Of a stretch of DNA of 32,000 nt, positions 17,747-27,574 are shown piece after piece; position 1 is the first letter of the stretch; each line of letters opens with the position of its first letter. The position numbers and the translations under genes are program-made. This DNA is from Corynebacterium amycolatum (GTDB lineage: Bacteria; Actinomycetota; Actinomycetes; Mycobacteriales; Mycobacteriaceae): NCBI RefSeq assembly GCF_049243625.1, contig NZ_CP046975.1. One strand, given 5' to 3'. The notes below the pieces were generated by a model. The model was not told where the DNA came from. It did not search any database and was given only the letters and a program-made list of their open reading frames with translations.

Positions 17747-18574
17747 ATGGCGAATTTCACTGCTGCTGACGTCAAGAAGCTCCGTGAGCTGACCGGCTCC
17801 GGCATGAAGGCTTGTAAGGACGCACTCGTCGAGACCGACGGCGATTTCGACAAGGCTGTCGAGATCCTGCGCATTAAGGGCGCAAAGGACGTCGGCAAGC
17901 GTGCAGAGCGCACCGCTGCCGAGGGCCTGATTGCTGTTTCTGGTAGCACCATGGTCGAGGTCAACTCCGAGACCGACTTCGTTGCCAAGAACCAGGAGTT
18001 CATCGACTTCGCCAACAAGGTCGCCGACGCTGCCGCAGCAGTCAAGGCAAACTCCCCGGAAGAGCTCGCAGCAGCTGACCTCGACGGTCAGACCGCAGCT
18101 GAGGCTACCCAGGAGCTCTCCGCAAAGATCGGTGAGAAGCTGGAGCTGCGTCGCGCTGCTACTCTCGAGGGCGACAACATCGCTGTCTACCTGCACCGCC
18201 GTGCAGCAGACCTGCCGGCAGCTGTCGGTGTTCTGGTTGCTTACACCGGTGAGGGAGAGGGCGCTGCAGAGACTGCTCACGCAGCAGCTATGCAGGTTGC
18301 CGCTCTGAAGGCTCAGTACCTGTCCCGCGAGGATGTCCCGGCTGACCGCGTCGAGGCAGAGCGCGCTGTCTACGAGAAGATTACTCGCGAAGAGGGCAAG
18401 CCGGAGCAGGCTATCGCCAAGATCGTCGAGGGCCGTCTGAACGGCTTCTACAAGGACGTTGTTCTGCTGGAGCAGCCTTCCGTCGCTGACAGCAAGAAGA
18501 CCGTTAAGCAGCTCATGGAAGAGGCTGGCGTTACCCTGACCGGTTTCGTCCGCTTCGAGGTTGGTCAGCACTAA
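17747..18574 (+). CDS. tsf: Elongation factor Ts
   Basis: [45 protein letters not shown] is the UBA-like N-terminus of EF-Ts. The protein is full length at 275 aa. Confidence 0.97.
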   Translation: MANFTAADVKKLRELTGSGMKACKDALVETDGDFDKAVEILRIKGAKDVGKRAERTAAEGLIAVSGSTMVEVNSETDFVAKNQEFIDFANKVADAAAAVKANSPEELAAADLDGQTAAEATQELSAKIGEKLELRRAATLEGDNIAVYLHRRAADLPAAVGVLVAYTGEGEGAAETAHAAAMQVAALKAQYLSREDVPADRVEAERAVYEKITREEGKPEQAIAKIVEGRLNGFYKDVVLLEQPSVADSKKTVKQLMEEAGVTLTGFVRFEVGQH

Positions 18575-18618
18575 TTCGCTGTAATTTGTGCTCTAACCTC
18601 TAGCTGCTAGCTAGTGTG

Positions 18619-18654
18619 AATGCCCCATCCGATTGCTTCGGGTGGGGCATTTTG
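18619..18654 (+). terminator. Rho-independent terminator of rpsB-tsf
   Basis: 13-bp stem (AATGCCCCATCCG / CGGGTGGGGCATT, one G-U pair), 7-nt loop, T-run at 18650-18653. Confidence 0.75.
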
Positions 18655-18750
18655 CTGCCATGTTGCAGACAATGCGGAGCGTCAAGTGTGCCTTGCTGTC
18701 GTGACCGGGTAGACTCGTCTGCGACTTTTTAAACGGTGTGAGAAAGGTGC

Positions 18751-19482
18751 ATGGTCATGGCAGAATCTGTCGAGCGCAATGGCTTCAAACGTGTGATGCT
18801 CAAGCTGGGTGGTGAAATGTTCGGTGGCGGCAAGGTTGGCGTTGACCCGGACGTGGTGCAAAACGTTGCCCGACAGATTGCGGAAGTTTCCCGAAAGGGC
18901 GTCGAGGTCTGTGTCGTCATCGGCGGAGGTAACTTCTTCCGTGGCGCACAGCTTCAGCAGCGCGGCATGGACCGCGCACGCTCTGACTACATGGGCATGC
19001 TGGGCACGGTCATGAACTGCCTGGCTCTGCAGGACTTCCTCGAGCAGGAGGGCGTGGACTGCCGCGTTCAAACTGCAATCAATATGGCACAGGTCTCGGA
19101 GCCGTACCTGCCGTTGCGTGCTAAGCGCCACCTGGAGAAGGGCCGCGTGGTCATCTTTGGTGCAGGTATGGGTATGCCGTACTTCTCCACCGACACCACC
19201 GCCGCCCAGCGCGCCCTGGAGATTGGCTGCGAGGTGCTGCTGATGGCCAAGGCCGTTGACGGTGTCTACTCGGCCGACCCACGTGAGGTGCCGGACGCAG
19301 AGCTGTTCGACGACATCACCCACCGTGAGGTTCTGGAACGCGACCTGCGCGTTGCGGATGCCACCGCTTTCTCCCTGTGCATGGACAACAACATGCCGAT
19401 TCTCGTGTTTAATCTGCTTACCGACGGAAACATTGCGCGCGCGGTAGCCGGTGAGCAAATCGGTACTCTCGTCCACAGCTGA
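18751..19482 (+). CDS. pyrH: UMP kinase
   Basis: [25 protein letters not shown] and [17 protein letters not shown] motifs. ATG 18757 is an alternative start with better SD spacing. Confidence 0.95.
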   Translation: MVMAESVERNGFKRVMLKLGGEMFGGGKVGVDPDVVQNVARQIAEVSRKGVEVCVVIGGGNFFRGAQLQQRGMDRARSDYMGMLGTVMNCLALQDFLEQEGVDCRVQTAINMAQVSEPYLPLRAKRHLEKGRVVIFGAGMGMPYFSTDTTAAQRALEIGCEVLLMAKAVDGVYSADPREVPDAELFDDITHREVLERDLRVADATAFSLCMDNNMPILVFNLLTDGNIARAVAGEQIGTLVHS

Positions 19483-19565
19483 TAAATTTGTTCGTAATAC
19501 GTTCTTTCCACAGAGCGCTCTAGAACTATCTAGAACCCGCGTAGAAACCCGAGGTTAAAAACACA

Positions 19566-20123
19566 ATGATTGATGAAGTCCTGCTTGACTGTGAAGAAAA
19601 GTACGGTAGCTCCGTAGAACACTGCCGCGAGGAGCTGACCCACATTCGCACTGGCCGTGCGAACCCGGCGATGTTCAACGGCGTTATTGCGGAGTACTAC
19701 GGTGTTCCGACTCCGATTACCCAGATGGCTACCATTTCGGTTCCAGAGCCGCGCATGCTGCTGATTAAGCCGTATGAGCTGAGCGTCATGGGCGACATCG
19801 AAAACGCGATTCGCAACTCCGACCTGGGGGTGAACCCGACTAATGATGGCCAGGTCCTGCGCGTAACTATCCCGCAGCTGACCGAGGAGCGCCGTCGTGA
19901 GATGGTTAAAGTTGCCCGCTCGAAGGGCGAAGACGCCAAGATCGCGATTCGCAATGTCCGTCGTAAGGGCATGGAAACTCTGAAGAAGATTCAGAAGGAC
20001 GGCGATGCTGGCGAGGATGAGGTGCAGGCAGGCGAAAAGGAGCTGGACCAGGTCACCAAGAACTACGTCGAGCAGGTGGACTCCTTGGTTGAACGCAAGG
20101 AAGCGGAACTGATGGAGGTTTAG
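19566..20123 (+). CDS. frr: Ribosome recycling factor
   Basis: 185 aa with [26 protein letters not shown] and [11 protein letters not shown]. Confidence 0.96.
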   Translation: MIDEVLLDCEEKYGSSVEHCREELTHIRTGRANPAMFNGVIAEYYGVPTPITQMATISVPEPRMLLIKPYELSVMGDIENAIRNSDLGVNPTNDGQVLRVTIPQLTEERRREMVKVARSKGEDAKIAIRNVRRKGMETLKKIQKDGDAGEDEVQAGEKELDQVTKNYVEQVDSLVERKEAELMEV

Positions 20124-20162
20124 GCCTTCATATTCAACCGGGAGAGGGGATTTGAGGCGCCA

Positions 20163-21068
20163 ATGCCAACGTCGAAGCCAGCGTCCAATAAGGAACGTGT
20201 TCTAGACGAACTACGGCTTATTAAGCCACGCAACTCAGCAGGCCGGAACCTGTCGGTTGCAATCACGGTGGGCGTAGCACTTGGTGCAGTCGTCATCATC
20301 AGCTTGTTGCTGGGGTCGCTCGCATGGACCGTTCTGGTCGCCGGGGCGGTTGGTCTCGCAACCTGGGAGGTCTGCGAGCGGCTCCGTGAGTCCGATTGGC
20401 AGGTCCCTCGCCCGGTTCTGATTCTCGGCGGACAGCTGATGGTGTGGTTGTCCGCCTACTGGGGGATTGACGGTTTGGTGATGGGCCTGGCCGCGACCCT
20501 GATGCTCTTGCTGGTCGTCCGCCTGTTCTTACACGGGATGGCCGAAGCACCACGGAACTGGCTGCGAGATGTCGCAGTCGGAGTTTTCGTGGTGATGTGG
20601 ATTCCGTTCTTTGCCGCGCTAGCTGTGCAGCTGGTACGCATGGACAATCCCTGGGGGGTTGATCCGCGTCTGGTCATTGTGACCTTCATGATTGGCGTTA
20701 TTTCAAATGACGTCGGAGGCTATGCCGCTGGTGTAATGTTCGGAAAGCATCCGATGGCCCCAAAGGTAAGCCCTAAAAAATCCTGGGAAGGGTTCGGCGG
20801 CTCTCTTGTACTCGCCACCATTACTGGAGCGCTCTGTGCGATCTTTATGTTGCACGCGCCGTGGTGGCAGGGCATCGTGCTGGGCATCGCCCTGGTTATC
20901 TCGGCTACGCTTGGTGACCTGATGGAGTCCCAGTTCAAACGAGATCTGGGGATTAAAGATATGTCCTCGATTTTGCCGGGCCACGGCGGTCTGATGGACC
21001 GCCTGGATGGCATGCTGCCATCAGCCGCGATGACGTGGCTGATATTGCAGCTATTCAGCCTAGTTTAA
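20163..21068 (+). CDS. cdsA: Phosphatidate cytidylyltransferase
   Basis: Polytopic membrane protein with the CdsA signature SPKKSWEGFGGS...GDLMESQFKRDLGIKDMSSILPGHGGLMDRLD. Confidence 0.92.
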   Translation: MPTSKPASNKERVLDELRLIKPRNSAGRNLSVAITVGVALGAVVIISLLLGSLAWTVLVAGAVGLATWEVCERLRESDWQVPRPVLILGGQLMVWLSAYWGIDGLVMGLAATLMLLLVVRLFLHGMAEAPRNWLRDVAVGVFVVMWIPFFAALAVQLVRMDNPWGVDPRLVIVTFMIGVISNDVGGYAAGVMFGKHPMAPKVSPKKSWEGFGGSLVLATITGALCAIFMLHAPWWQGIVLGIALVISATLGDLMESQFKRDLGIKDMSSILPGHGGLMDRLDGMLPSAAMTWLILQLFSLV

Positions 21069-21089
21069 TTTGGCTGGTTCAATCGGCCT

Positions 21090-21527
21090 TTAGTTGCCGC
21101 CCTTACGAATCTGGCGGCGCAGATCAAACATTCGCCAGCCACCGATGAGTGCGGTGATGAGGGCGCCGAGGATGGCAGCGAACAGCATTCCGACGCCGAC
21201 TGGGAAGTTCCAGGTCCAGCCGAACAGGTTTAGTGCGGTCTCCTGCTGATTCTGCAGAATGAACACCAGCAGTACGATCAGCAAAACTGCACTGATGACC
21301 AGGCCAACCCACATCGAGCCCGCGGTAGTCTTTTTCACCTTGCGCCGGCCAGGGGCGGGCGCTGGCTCCGGTGCGGAGTCCTTCTCTGTCGGTGCGTCAA
21401 CGACTGGCTCTGGAAGGTTGTCCTGCTCAGGTGCAGGAGCCACGGAATCATTTGGGGAGTGCGACGGAGCATCATCGAAAAGCGGACTGTCGTTATTCGG
21501 CTGATTAGCGTTAGTCATACCTATCAT
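21090..21527 (-). CDS. LapA-domain (DUF1049) small membrane protein
   Basis: Pro/Asp-rich N-terminus, then two TM helices flanking [22 protein letters not shown], which is the DUF1049 pattern. The start could also be ATG 21518. Confidence 0.75.
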   Translation of the reverse strand: MIGMTNANQPNNDSPLFDDAPSHSPNDSVAPAPEQDNLPEPVVDAPTEKDSAPEPAPAPGRRKVKKTTAGSMWVGLVISAVLLIVLLVFILQNQQETALNLFGWTWNFPVGVGMLFAAILGALITALIGGWRMFDLRRQIRKGGN

Positions 21528-21623
21528 TCAACACGTTTTGGCAGGTATGTACCACTTATAAAGGTCCACTTAGTTGCGGCTGCCGAGTCACTCATTAGAC
21601 CAAAACCGTCATTACATGCGAAA

Positions 21624-22733
21624 ATGGGTGCTATCATGGCATCTTCACTTCCAATCGTTCTTAAAGCTCCACGTCGCGGCATGCCCGCGACCCATTTTGC
21701 GGACCTCGATGTTGAGGAACGGAAAGCTGCGGTCAAGGAACTGGGCCTGCCGGCCTTCCGTGCCGATCAGATTGCCCGGCACTATTACGGTCGGCTCGAG
21801 GCTGACCCTATGACGATGACTGATCTGCCGGAAGCAGATCGTCAAAAGGTCAAGGACAGTCTCTTCCCACCTCTGTTGACTCCCGTTCGCCACATCACCT
21901 GTGACGACGGCGAGACCCGTAAGACTCTGTGGCGTGCAGGTGACGGTACGCTGCTGGAATCCGTGCTGATGAAGTATCCGGGGCGTGCGACCCTCTGTAT
22001 CTCCTCACAGGCCGGTTGCGGTATGGCATGCCCATTCTGTGCGACGGGTCAAGGCGGTCTGCAGCGTAATCTTTCCACCGCGGAGATTGTCGACCAGGTT
22101 CGTGAGGCCGCTGCTACTATGGCAGCTGAGGGCGGTCGTCTGACCAACATCGTATTTATGGGCATGGGCGAGCCGCTCGCGAACTACAATCGCGTTCTCG
22201 CCGCGGTCCATCGCATCACGCGGCCGTCGCCGCAGGGATTCGGCATCTCGATGCGCAATGTCACTGTTTCTACGGTCGGTTTCGCGCCGAACATCCGACG
22301 GCTTGCCGACGAGGACCTGTCAGTGACCCTCGCGGTGTCTCTGCACACTCCGGACGATGAGCTTCGCGATGAGCTGGTACCGATTAACAATCGCTTTACA
22401 GTGGCGGAGGTACTTGATGCAGCTCGCTATTACGCAGACAAGACTGGCCGTCGCGTATCTATTGAGTACGCTTTGATTCGCGATATTAATGACCAGGACT
22501 GGCGTGCAGACCTGTTGGGCAAGAAGCTCCACAACGCTCTGGGCTCACGTGTCCACGTCAACCTCATTCCGCTTAACCCAACTCCGGGTTCGAAGTGGGA
22601 TGCCTCCCCGAAGAAGCAGCAGGAGGAATTCGTCCGTCGCGTGCAGGCGCAGGGGGTGCCGTGCACGGTCCGCGATACCCGTGGCAACGAGATTGCGGCA
22701 GCGTGTGGTCAGCTGGCGGCTGAAGAGGTTTAG
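21624..22733 (+). CDS. rlmN: 23S rRNA/tRNA adenine-C2 methyltransferase RlmN (radical SAM)
   Basis: [12 protein letters not shown]-terminus, radical-SAM [22 protein letters not shown] and the C-terminal AAACGQL. The track start at 21459 overlaps the divergent gene and is rejected. The start is ATG 21624 or 21636. Confidence 0.93.
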   Translation: MGAIMASSLPIVLKAPRRGMPATHFADLDVEERKAAVKELGLPAFRADQIARHYYGRLEADPMTMTDLPEADRQKVKDSLFPPLLTPVRHITCDDGETRKTLWRAGDGTLLESVLMKYPGRATLCISSQAGCGMACPFCATGQGGLQRNLSTAEIVDQVREAAATMAAEGGRLTNIVFMGMGEPLANYNRVLAAVHRITRPSPQGFGISMRNVTVSTVGFAPNIRRLADEDLSVTLAVSLHTPDDELRDELVPINNRFTVAEVLDAARYYADKTGRRVSIEYALIRDINDQDWRADLLGKKLHNALGSRVHVNLIPLNPTPGSKWDASPKKQQEEFVRRVQAQGVPCTVRDTRGNEIAAACGQLAAEEV

Positions 22734-22745
22734 TCGCTGAATAGC

Positions 22746-22780
22746 AAAAGATCCGCACCGAATTCGGTGCAGATCCTTTT
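22746..22780. terminator. Bidirectional rho-independent terminator between rlmN and the DUF2631 gene
   Basis: AAAA-GATCCGCACCG-AATT-CGGTGCAGATC-C-TTTT. It is a near-perfect palindrome centred on GAATTC, with an A-tract and a T-tract on either side. Confidence 0.8.
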
Positions 22781-22834
22781 GTGCGCTGTCGCTATAGAGC
22801 TGTTAGGCCAGACTTTCTGCAAAAGTGGCTAACT

Positions 22835-23236
22835 CTACTGGTTCTGTCCTTCCGGCAGGCGGTTCCAGGAGCGCAGCTGGGAGTCGGTCAGGTTAGCGTA
22901 GACACCAGTGCCATTAACCTGGTCACGTGCCCACTCCGGCTCAATGTGGCCTTCCGGCTTGTTGTGACCGGTAACGGTGCGGACCTGGGAACCCTGCGGG
23001 GCGAACAGCTGCAGCAGCAGCCCAATGGCAATAAGGGCAGCAATGGCGACCAGCCACCAGTTCTCGACGTTGCCCTTGTGGTTACCGATGGTCATGCCCA
23101 GCAGGAAGATCACAGAAATCCAGCCGGCCTTCTGCATAGCGCTCTTGCTAATGCCGTGCCAGCCCCACTTCGCCGACGGCTCGTCGAGGGTGCTGACGCC
23201 GCGGTAAATCTCTTCCTTTGGCTCGTGGTTGCTCAC
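22835..23236 (-). CDS. DUF2631-like small membrane protein (Rv2876-like)
   Basis: GTG start with SD AGGAGG 8 nt upstream. It has PSAKWGWHG and then two TM helices. The family name is from memory. The plus-strand ORF 22781-23320 is its shadow. Confidence 0.7.
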   Translation of the reverse strand: MSNHEPKEEIYRGVSTLDEPSAKWGWHGISKSAMQKAGWISVIFLLGMTIGNHKGNVENWWLVAIAALIAIGLLLQLFAPQGSQVRTVTGHNKPEGHIEPEWARDQVNGTGVYANLTDSQLRSWNRLPEGQNQ

Positions 23237-23432
23237 TTGAAAGTCCTCCTGTTAACACTTTCGGCGAATTGCACTCTATATGCACTTCAGTCTATCTGCG
23301 ATTTTGCTGAAAGCGACTGAGCGCATTTTCAGACAATCTTGAGTATCGGGTGTAAGGATACCTTAGAACTTGCTGAAATTGGGACTTCGCCCGGCTGGAA
23401 ACTCTCCGGCGGTGTTCTGGTTTGCCCAAAGT

Positions 23433-23451
23433 GGGGGTAGGGTGAGCACTC
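23433..23451 (+). promoter_or_regulatory. Candidate -10 element of a leaderless rseP transcript (GGGGGTAGGGT)
   Basis: TAGGGT (23438-23443) ends 8 nt before GTG 23452. There is no SD. Confidence 0.4.
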
Positions 23452-24684
23452 GTGACATTTCTTCTTGGAGTTTTACTCTTCGCAATCGGCATCGCGGTGA
23501 CAATCGCCCTTCACGAATGGGGCCATCTCACCGCAGCTCGACTGTGTGGAATGCAAGTGCGTCGGTACTTCATTGGCTTCGGCCCAACGCTGTTTTCCTT
23601 CAAGCGGCATCACGCTGCGGCAGGAGGGCATGACACCGAGTATGGAGTAAAGGCAGTTCCGTTTGGCGGATTCTGCGACATCGCAGGTATGACCGCTATG
23701 GATCCAATCGATCCTGCCGAAGAGCCCTACGCTATGTACAAGAAGCCGTGGTGGCAGCGCATTATCGTGATGCTCGGTGGGGTGGCGATGAACCTCATCG
23801 TGGGATTCATCATTCTTTACTTCATCGCAGTGACGTGGGGTTTGCCCAATATGGGTAAGGAAATGGCCCCGCGCATTCAGGCGGTACAGTGCGTCTCGCC
23901 GGCACAGCGGGCCGACGGCACTCTGGAACCCTGCACTGGTTCCGGTCCTGCAGAGCGCGCAGGGCTACGTGCCGGAGATGTGATTGAGAAGATCAATGGC
24001 ACCAAGATTACGTCCTACCCCGAGGCTGTGTCTCTTATCGGCAGCTCTGCAGGTGGCGACATCAAAATGACCATCGACCGCAATGGCAGCACCCAGACGG
24101 TCACGGTCACCCCGGAAGTCGTCAAACGCAAGACTAACGACGGCCAGGACATCGACCAGCCAGCGATTGGTATCGCCTTCCAGCGACCAGAGACTATCCT
24201 CCACGAGTACAACGCAGTGACCGCCATCGGCGGTGCGGCCAGCTTCACAGGCAGTCTTTTTGGGGCGGTTTGGAACGGGCTGCTCTCCATCCCGGAGAAG
24301 GTTCCCGGTGTGGTTGCGTCCATCTTCGGTGCTCAGCGTGACCCGGCCAGCCCAATGAGCGTCGTCGGTGCTTCGCGTGCCGGCGGTGAATTGGTGGAGA
24401 TGAACCAGTGGCCTTCATTTTTCCTATTGCTGGCCAACCTCAATTACTTCCTGGCCGTGTTCAACCTCGTGCCGTTGCCGCCACTCGACGGTGGCCACAT
24501 CGCCGTTGTTATTTATGAACGCATTCGGGACGTGATTCGCAAGGCATTCGGTAAGCCATCGCTTGGGCCTGCCGATTACACCAAACTCATGCCAATTACT
24601 ATGGCCTTTACCGCGGTTTTGCTGGTCTTCGGCGTTCTGGTCATGGCCGCTGACGTGGTCAATCCAATTGTGCTGAACCGCTGA
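23452..24684 (+). CDS. rseP: M50 site-2 zinc metalloprotease (RseP/Rip1 type) with a PDZ domain
   Basis: HEWGHLTAARLCGM (HExxH) lies in TM1. There is a central PDZ domain (GLRAGDVIEKINGTKI) and NLVPLPPLDGGH. Confidence 0.92.
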   Translation: MTFLLGVLLFAIGIAVTIALHEWGHLTAARLCGMQVRRYFIGFGPTLFSFKRHHAAAGGHDTEYGVKAVPFGGFCDIAGMTAMDPIDPAEEPYAMYKKPWWQRIIVMLGGVAMNLIVGFIILYFIAVTWGLPNMGKEMAPRIQAVQCVSPAQRADGTLEPCTGSGPAERAGLRAGDVIEKINGTKITSYPEAVSLIGSSAGGDIKMTIDRNGSTQTVTVTPEVVKRKTNDGQDIDQPAIGIAFQRPETILHEYNAVTAIGGAASFTGSLFGAVWNGLLSIPEKVPGVVASIFGAQRDPASPMSVVGASRAGGELVEMNQWPSFFLLLANLNYFLAVFNLVPLPPLDGGHIAVVIYERIRDVIRKAFGKPSLGPADYTKLMPITMAFTAVLLVFGVLVMAADVVNPIVLNR

Positions 24685-24725
24685 TAGCAGGTTGCGGCGT
24701 GCCAGCATCGTCGTAAAGCAAAGCG

Positions 24726-26591
24726 GTGCTAACGTCAGCCCACATGGAACAAACTTCGCGCCGCAAGCCCCTGCTTCGCAGTATCTCGGCTGTGGCAATT
24801 ACGGGTCTGGTGTTGTCATCCGCCGCGTGTACGCCGCGGCCTGACACCGGGCGCGAGGTGCTAGAGGAATTCCTGGGGGCGCTGGCGGGAGGGGACATTG
24901 CTAAGGCTGCGGCACTGACTGATCACCCGGACTCCGCTGAAGGAGATCTGAAGGCGGCCACTGCCGGACTCCAGCCGGAGGGGCTTGAGTATGAGATTGC
25001 GGGTATCGATTCCAGCTCGAACCAGTCCTCGGCGGAAGTCGCCATGAATTGGCAGCTACCGCATCAGCGACGCTGGGGATATGACACCACTTTCACATTG
25101 ACCAAGACTGAGACTGGGCAACGGGATTGGGCATTGCGCTGGTCGCCAGCATCCCTGCATCCACAGCTGGGGCGTAACCAACACCCAGAATTGCGCACTA
25201 TCGCAGCTCCACGTCCGTCTGTGGTTGGCTCGGACGGTGCGGCCTTGCTCGAGCCAGGGACTGTGCACCGGGTAATTCTCCATCGTGATGGGGCGGAGAA
25301 TGTGCAGTCGTCGATTAATCGGGCGGCGACGGTCATCAATAATGAAATGCCGGAAGACGGTCCGAAGCTTGACGCACGCGCTGTGGGGGAGCAGGCGAGC
25401 GGCGGAAAGGGTAATTTTTCGCTGATCGTGTTGCCGGCATCCACGCCACAGCGTGTCAAAGATGATCTCGCTGACATTGATGGAATTTCGGTTAACGATG
25501 AAGCCGCTATGGTGCGACCCGACCCGGGGTTCGCGCCCGATTTGATGAGTCGCGTGGAAAGACTAGTGGACACCGGTGATCACGGTGCCGATGGCTGGAA
25601 TATCGTGGCGGCCAACGAGGGCGGAGCCGTCGTCGACACCCTCTATGAGGTGTCTCCGGATGTAGCGCCGGCGGTGCAGGCATCAATTAGTAAAAAGGTG
25701 CAGGACGCAGCGCAAAAGGCCGTCGATACTCGGCAAGATGCTAAGGCAATGCTGGTGGCTGTGCAGCCGTCGACCGGCAAGATTCTGGCGGTAGCCCAGA
25801 CGGCGGAAGCAGATAAGGACGGCGACCTTGCGCTGATGGGACAGTTCCCGCCGGGATCGACGTACAAGATTGTCACTGCCGCCGCAGGTGTGCAGCACGA
25901 GGGGCTAAATGCGGGATCGACTGTGCCGTGCCCAGGTTCGATGGAGATCGGGCCGCGTATTGTCACCAACTACAACGGAAGTGGCGTCGGGAATACCTCG
26001 CTGAGCGATGCGTTCGCGCGGTCTTGTAACACCACGTTTGGCAACATCTCTCACAAGTTGGAGCCAGGGCAGTTCAAGGAGGAGTCCAAGAACTTCGGCA
26101 TCGGCATCAACTATCACATCGCGGGCCTCGACACTATTACCGGCAGCGTGTCTGATGGCAGTGATGAAGTCGAGCGTATCGATGCGGGCTATGGGCAGGG
26201 CAATGACTTGGCCAGCCCGTTTGGCATGGCGCTGGTTTCCGCGACGGTGGCGGCCGGACGCACTCCGACACCGTCACTCGTGCCAAGCGCGGGAACCTGG
26301 CAGTCGCAGGTATCAAAGCCACTGCCGCCTGAGGTTTTGAATGAGGTTCGCACACTCATGCGGGCGGTGGTCACCTCTGGTACTGGTTCGGCCATTGCCG
26401 GTCGAGGTGAAGTCTATGCAAAGACCGGTGAGGCCGAGTACGCTGGCGGCTCCCACGCTTGGTTTACTGGCTACCGCGATGATTTGGCCTTTGCCACGCT
26501 TATCGTTGGCGGTGGTGGTTCGGAGCATGCCGTGGCGATTACCGATGCCTTCTTCGCCAATATCGATGAAGGTTCGGGGGACGAGGGCTAG
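24726..26591 (+). CDS. Penicillin-binding transpeptidase lipoprotein (Rv2864c-like, NTF2-like N-domain)
   Basis: Lipobox LSSAAC, with SxxK (GSTYK), SxN (SCN) and KTG (AKTGEAE) motifs. The start is GTG 24726 or ATG 24744. Confidence 0.88.
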   Translation: MLTSAHMEQTSRRKPLLRSISAVAITGLVLSSAACTPRPDTGREVLEEFLGALAGGDIAKAAALTDHPDSAEGDLKAATAGLQPEGLEYEIAGIDSSSNQSSAEVAMNWQLPHQRRWGYDTTFTLTKTETGQRDWALRWSPASLHPQLGRNQHPELRTIAAPRPSVVGSDGAALLEPGTVHRVILHRDGAENVQSSINRAATVINNEMPEDGPKLDARAVGEQASGGKGNFSLIVLPASTPQRVKDDLADIDGISVNDEAAMVRPDPGFAPDLMSRVERLVDTGDHGADGWNIVAANEGGAVVDTLYEVSPDVAPAVQASISKKVQDAAQKAVDTRQDAKAMLVAVQPSTGKILAVAQTAEADKDGDLALMGQFPPGSTYKIVTAAAGVQHEGLNAGSTVPCPGSMEIGPRIVTNYNGSGVGNTSLSDAFARSCNTTFGNISHKLEPGQFKEESKNFGIGINYHIAGLDTITGSVSDGSDEVERIDAGYGQGNDLASPFGMALVSATVAAGRTPTPSLVPSAGTWQSQVSKPLPPEVLNEVRTLMRAVVTSGTGSAIAGRGEVYAKTGEAEYAGGSHAWFTGYRDDLAFATLIVGGGGSEHAVAITDAFFANIDEGSGDEG

Positions 26592-26635
26592 AGCATTTCT
26601 GGCTTTGAAACCGGCACAGGCCGAAAGGCTAATCC

Positions 26636-26659
26636 GGGGGTAGGGGTAGAGTATGTTCC
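26636..26659 (+). promoter_or_regulatory. Candidate -10 element of a leaderless map transcript (GGGGGTAGGGGTAGAGT)
   Basis: TAGAGT (26647-26652) ends 7 nt before ATG 26660. There is no SD. Confidence 0.4.
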
Positions 26660-27571
26660 ATGACTCAGCGTTCTCCACTTACTCAGCAAAAATCCACTCC
26701 AATTCGTACCGTTCCGGCACATATTGAACGGCCGGAGTACGCCTGGAAGGACGAGGTTCAGGAAGGCGTCGGCGAGCCGCTGGTACAGACTCCGGAAGAT
26801 ATTGAAAATATGCGAGAGGTCTCTCGCATTGCTGCCAACGCGTTGGTGGAGGCCGGCAAGGCCGTAGCTCCGGGCGTGACCACGGATGAGATTGACCGGG
26901 TGGTGCACGAGTACCTGTTGGATCACGACACCTACCCGTCCACGCTGGGGTACCGCGGTTTTGAGAAGTCGTGCTGCGTGTCTCTCAATGAGATTGTCTG
27001 CCACGGTATTCCGGATACTCAGGTTATTGAAGACGGCGATATCGTCAATGTCGACGTCACCGGATACAAGAACGGCGTCCACGGCGACACCAACGCGACT
27101 TTCCTCGCCGGCAATGTCTCGGAGGAGCACAGCCAGCTGGTGGAGCGCACTTACAATGCCACCATGCGCGGCATTAAGGTCATCAAGCCGGGCCGTGAGA
27201 TTAATGTCATCGGCCGCGTGATTGAGTCCTACGCTAAGCGTTTTGGATACAACACTGTTCGGGACTTCACCGGTCACGGTGTCGGGACCACGTTCCATAA
27301 TGGTTTGATTGTGTTGCACTACGATGAGCCGAGCCAGGATACCATTTTCGAGCCGGGCATGACCTTGACTGTCGAGCCGATGATTAACCTCGGTGAGCTG
27401 CCTTACCACATCTGGGATAACGGCTGGACTGTGCAGAATGATGACTTCAAGTTCACCGCTCAGTTCGAGCACACGGTGCTGGTGACCTCCGACGGCTATG
27501 AAATCCTCACCCTGCCGGATGAGCAGAACGTGCCAGGCCAGTTCCAGACTGGTTGGAAGCCCGAGGCCTAA
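26660..27571 (+). CDS. map: Type I methionine aminopeptidase (long N-terminal extension form)
   Basis: [26 protein letters not shown] and FEHTVLVT metal-site motifs. Confidence 0.95.
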   Translation: MTQRSPLTQQKSTPIRTVPAHIERPEYAWKDEVQEGVGEPLVQTPEDIENMREVSRIAANALVEAGKAVAPGVTTDEIDRVVHEYLLDHDTYPSTLGYRGFEKSCCVSLNEIVCHGIPDTQVIEDGDIVNVDVTGYKNGVHGDTNATFLAGNVSEEHSQLVERTYNATMRGIKVIKPGREINVIGRVIESYAKRFGYNTVRDFTGHGVGTTFHNGLIVLHYDEPSQDTIFEPGMTLTVEPMINLGELPYHIWDNGWTVQNDDFKFTAQFEHTVLVTSDGYEILTLPDEQNVPGQFQTGWKPEA

Positions 27572-27574
27572 GCA

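Noticed and set aside
17519-18571. 350-aa minus-strand ORF
   Set aside because: It is antisense to tsf and the end of rpsB. It has no recognisable motifs and is a shadow of highly biased codon usage.
18597-18615. CTAG-rich palindromic strings (CTAGCTGCTAGCTAG here; TAGCTAGCTGCTA at 11524-11537) downstream of the tsf and DUF2469 stops
   Set aside because: They are noticeable because CTAG is usually rare, but they are too short and too dissimilar in register to support a defined motif. I left them as a curiosity.
18682-19476. 264-aa minus-strand ORF
   Set aside because: It is antisense to pyrH, which has unmistakable UMP kinase motifs.
22583-22600. GGTTCGAAG, a tRNA T-arm-like string
   Set aside because: It lies inside the rlmN reading frame with no acceptor or anticodon stems around it. 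No tRNA gene is present in the window.
22781-23320. 179-aa plus-strand ORF opposite the DUF2631 gene
   Set aside because: The minus-strand gene has a strong AGGAGG SD, two clean TM helices and the WGWHG motif. The plus ORF starts inside the bidirectional terminator and has no SD.
26588-27472. 294-aa minus-strand ORF
   Set aside because: It is antisense to map and is a shadow ORF.
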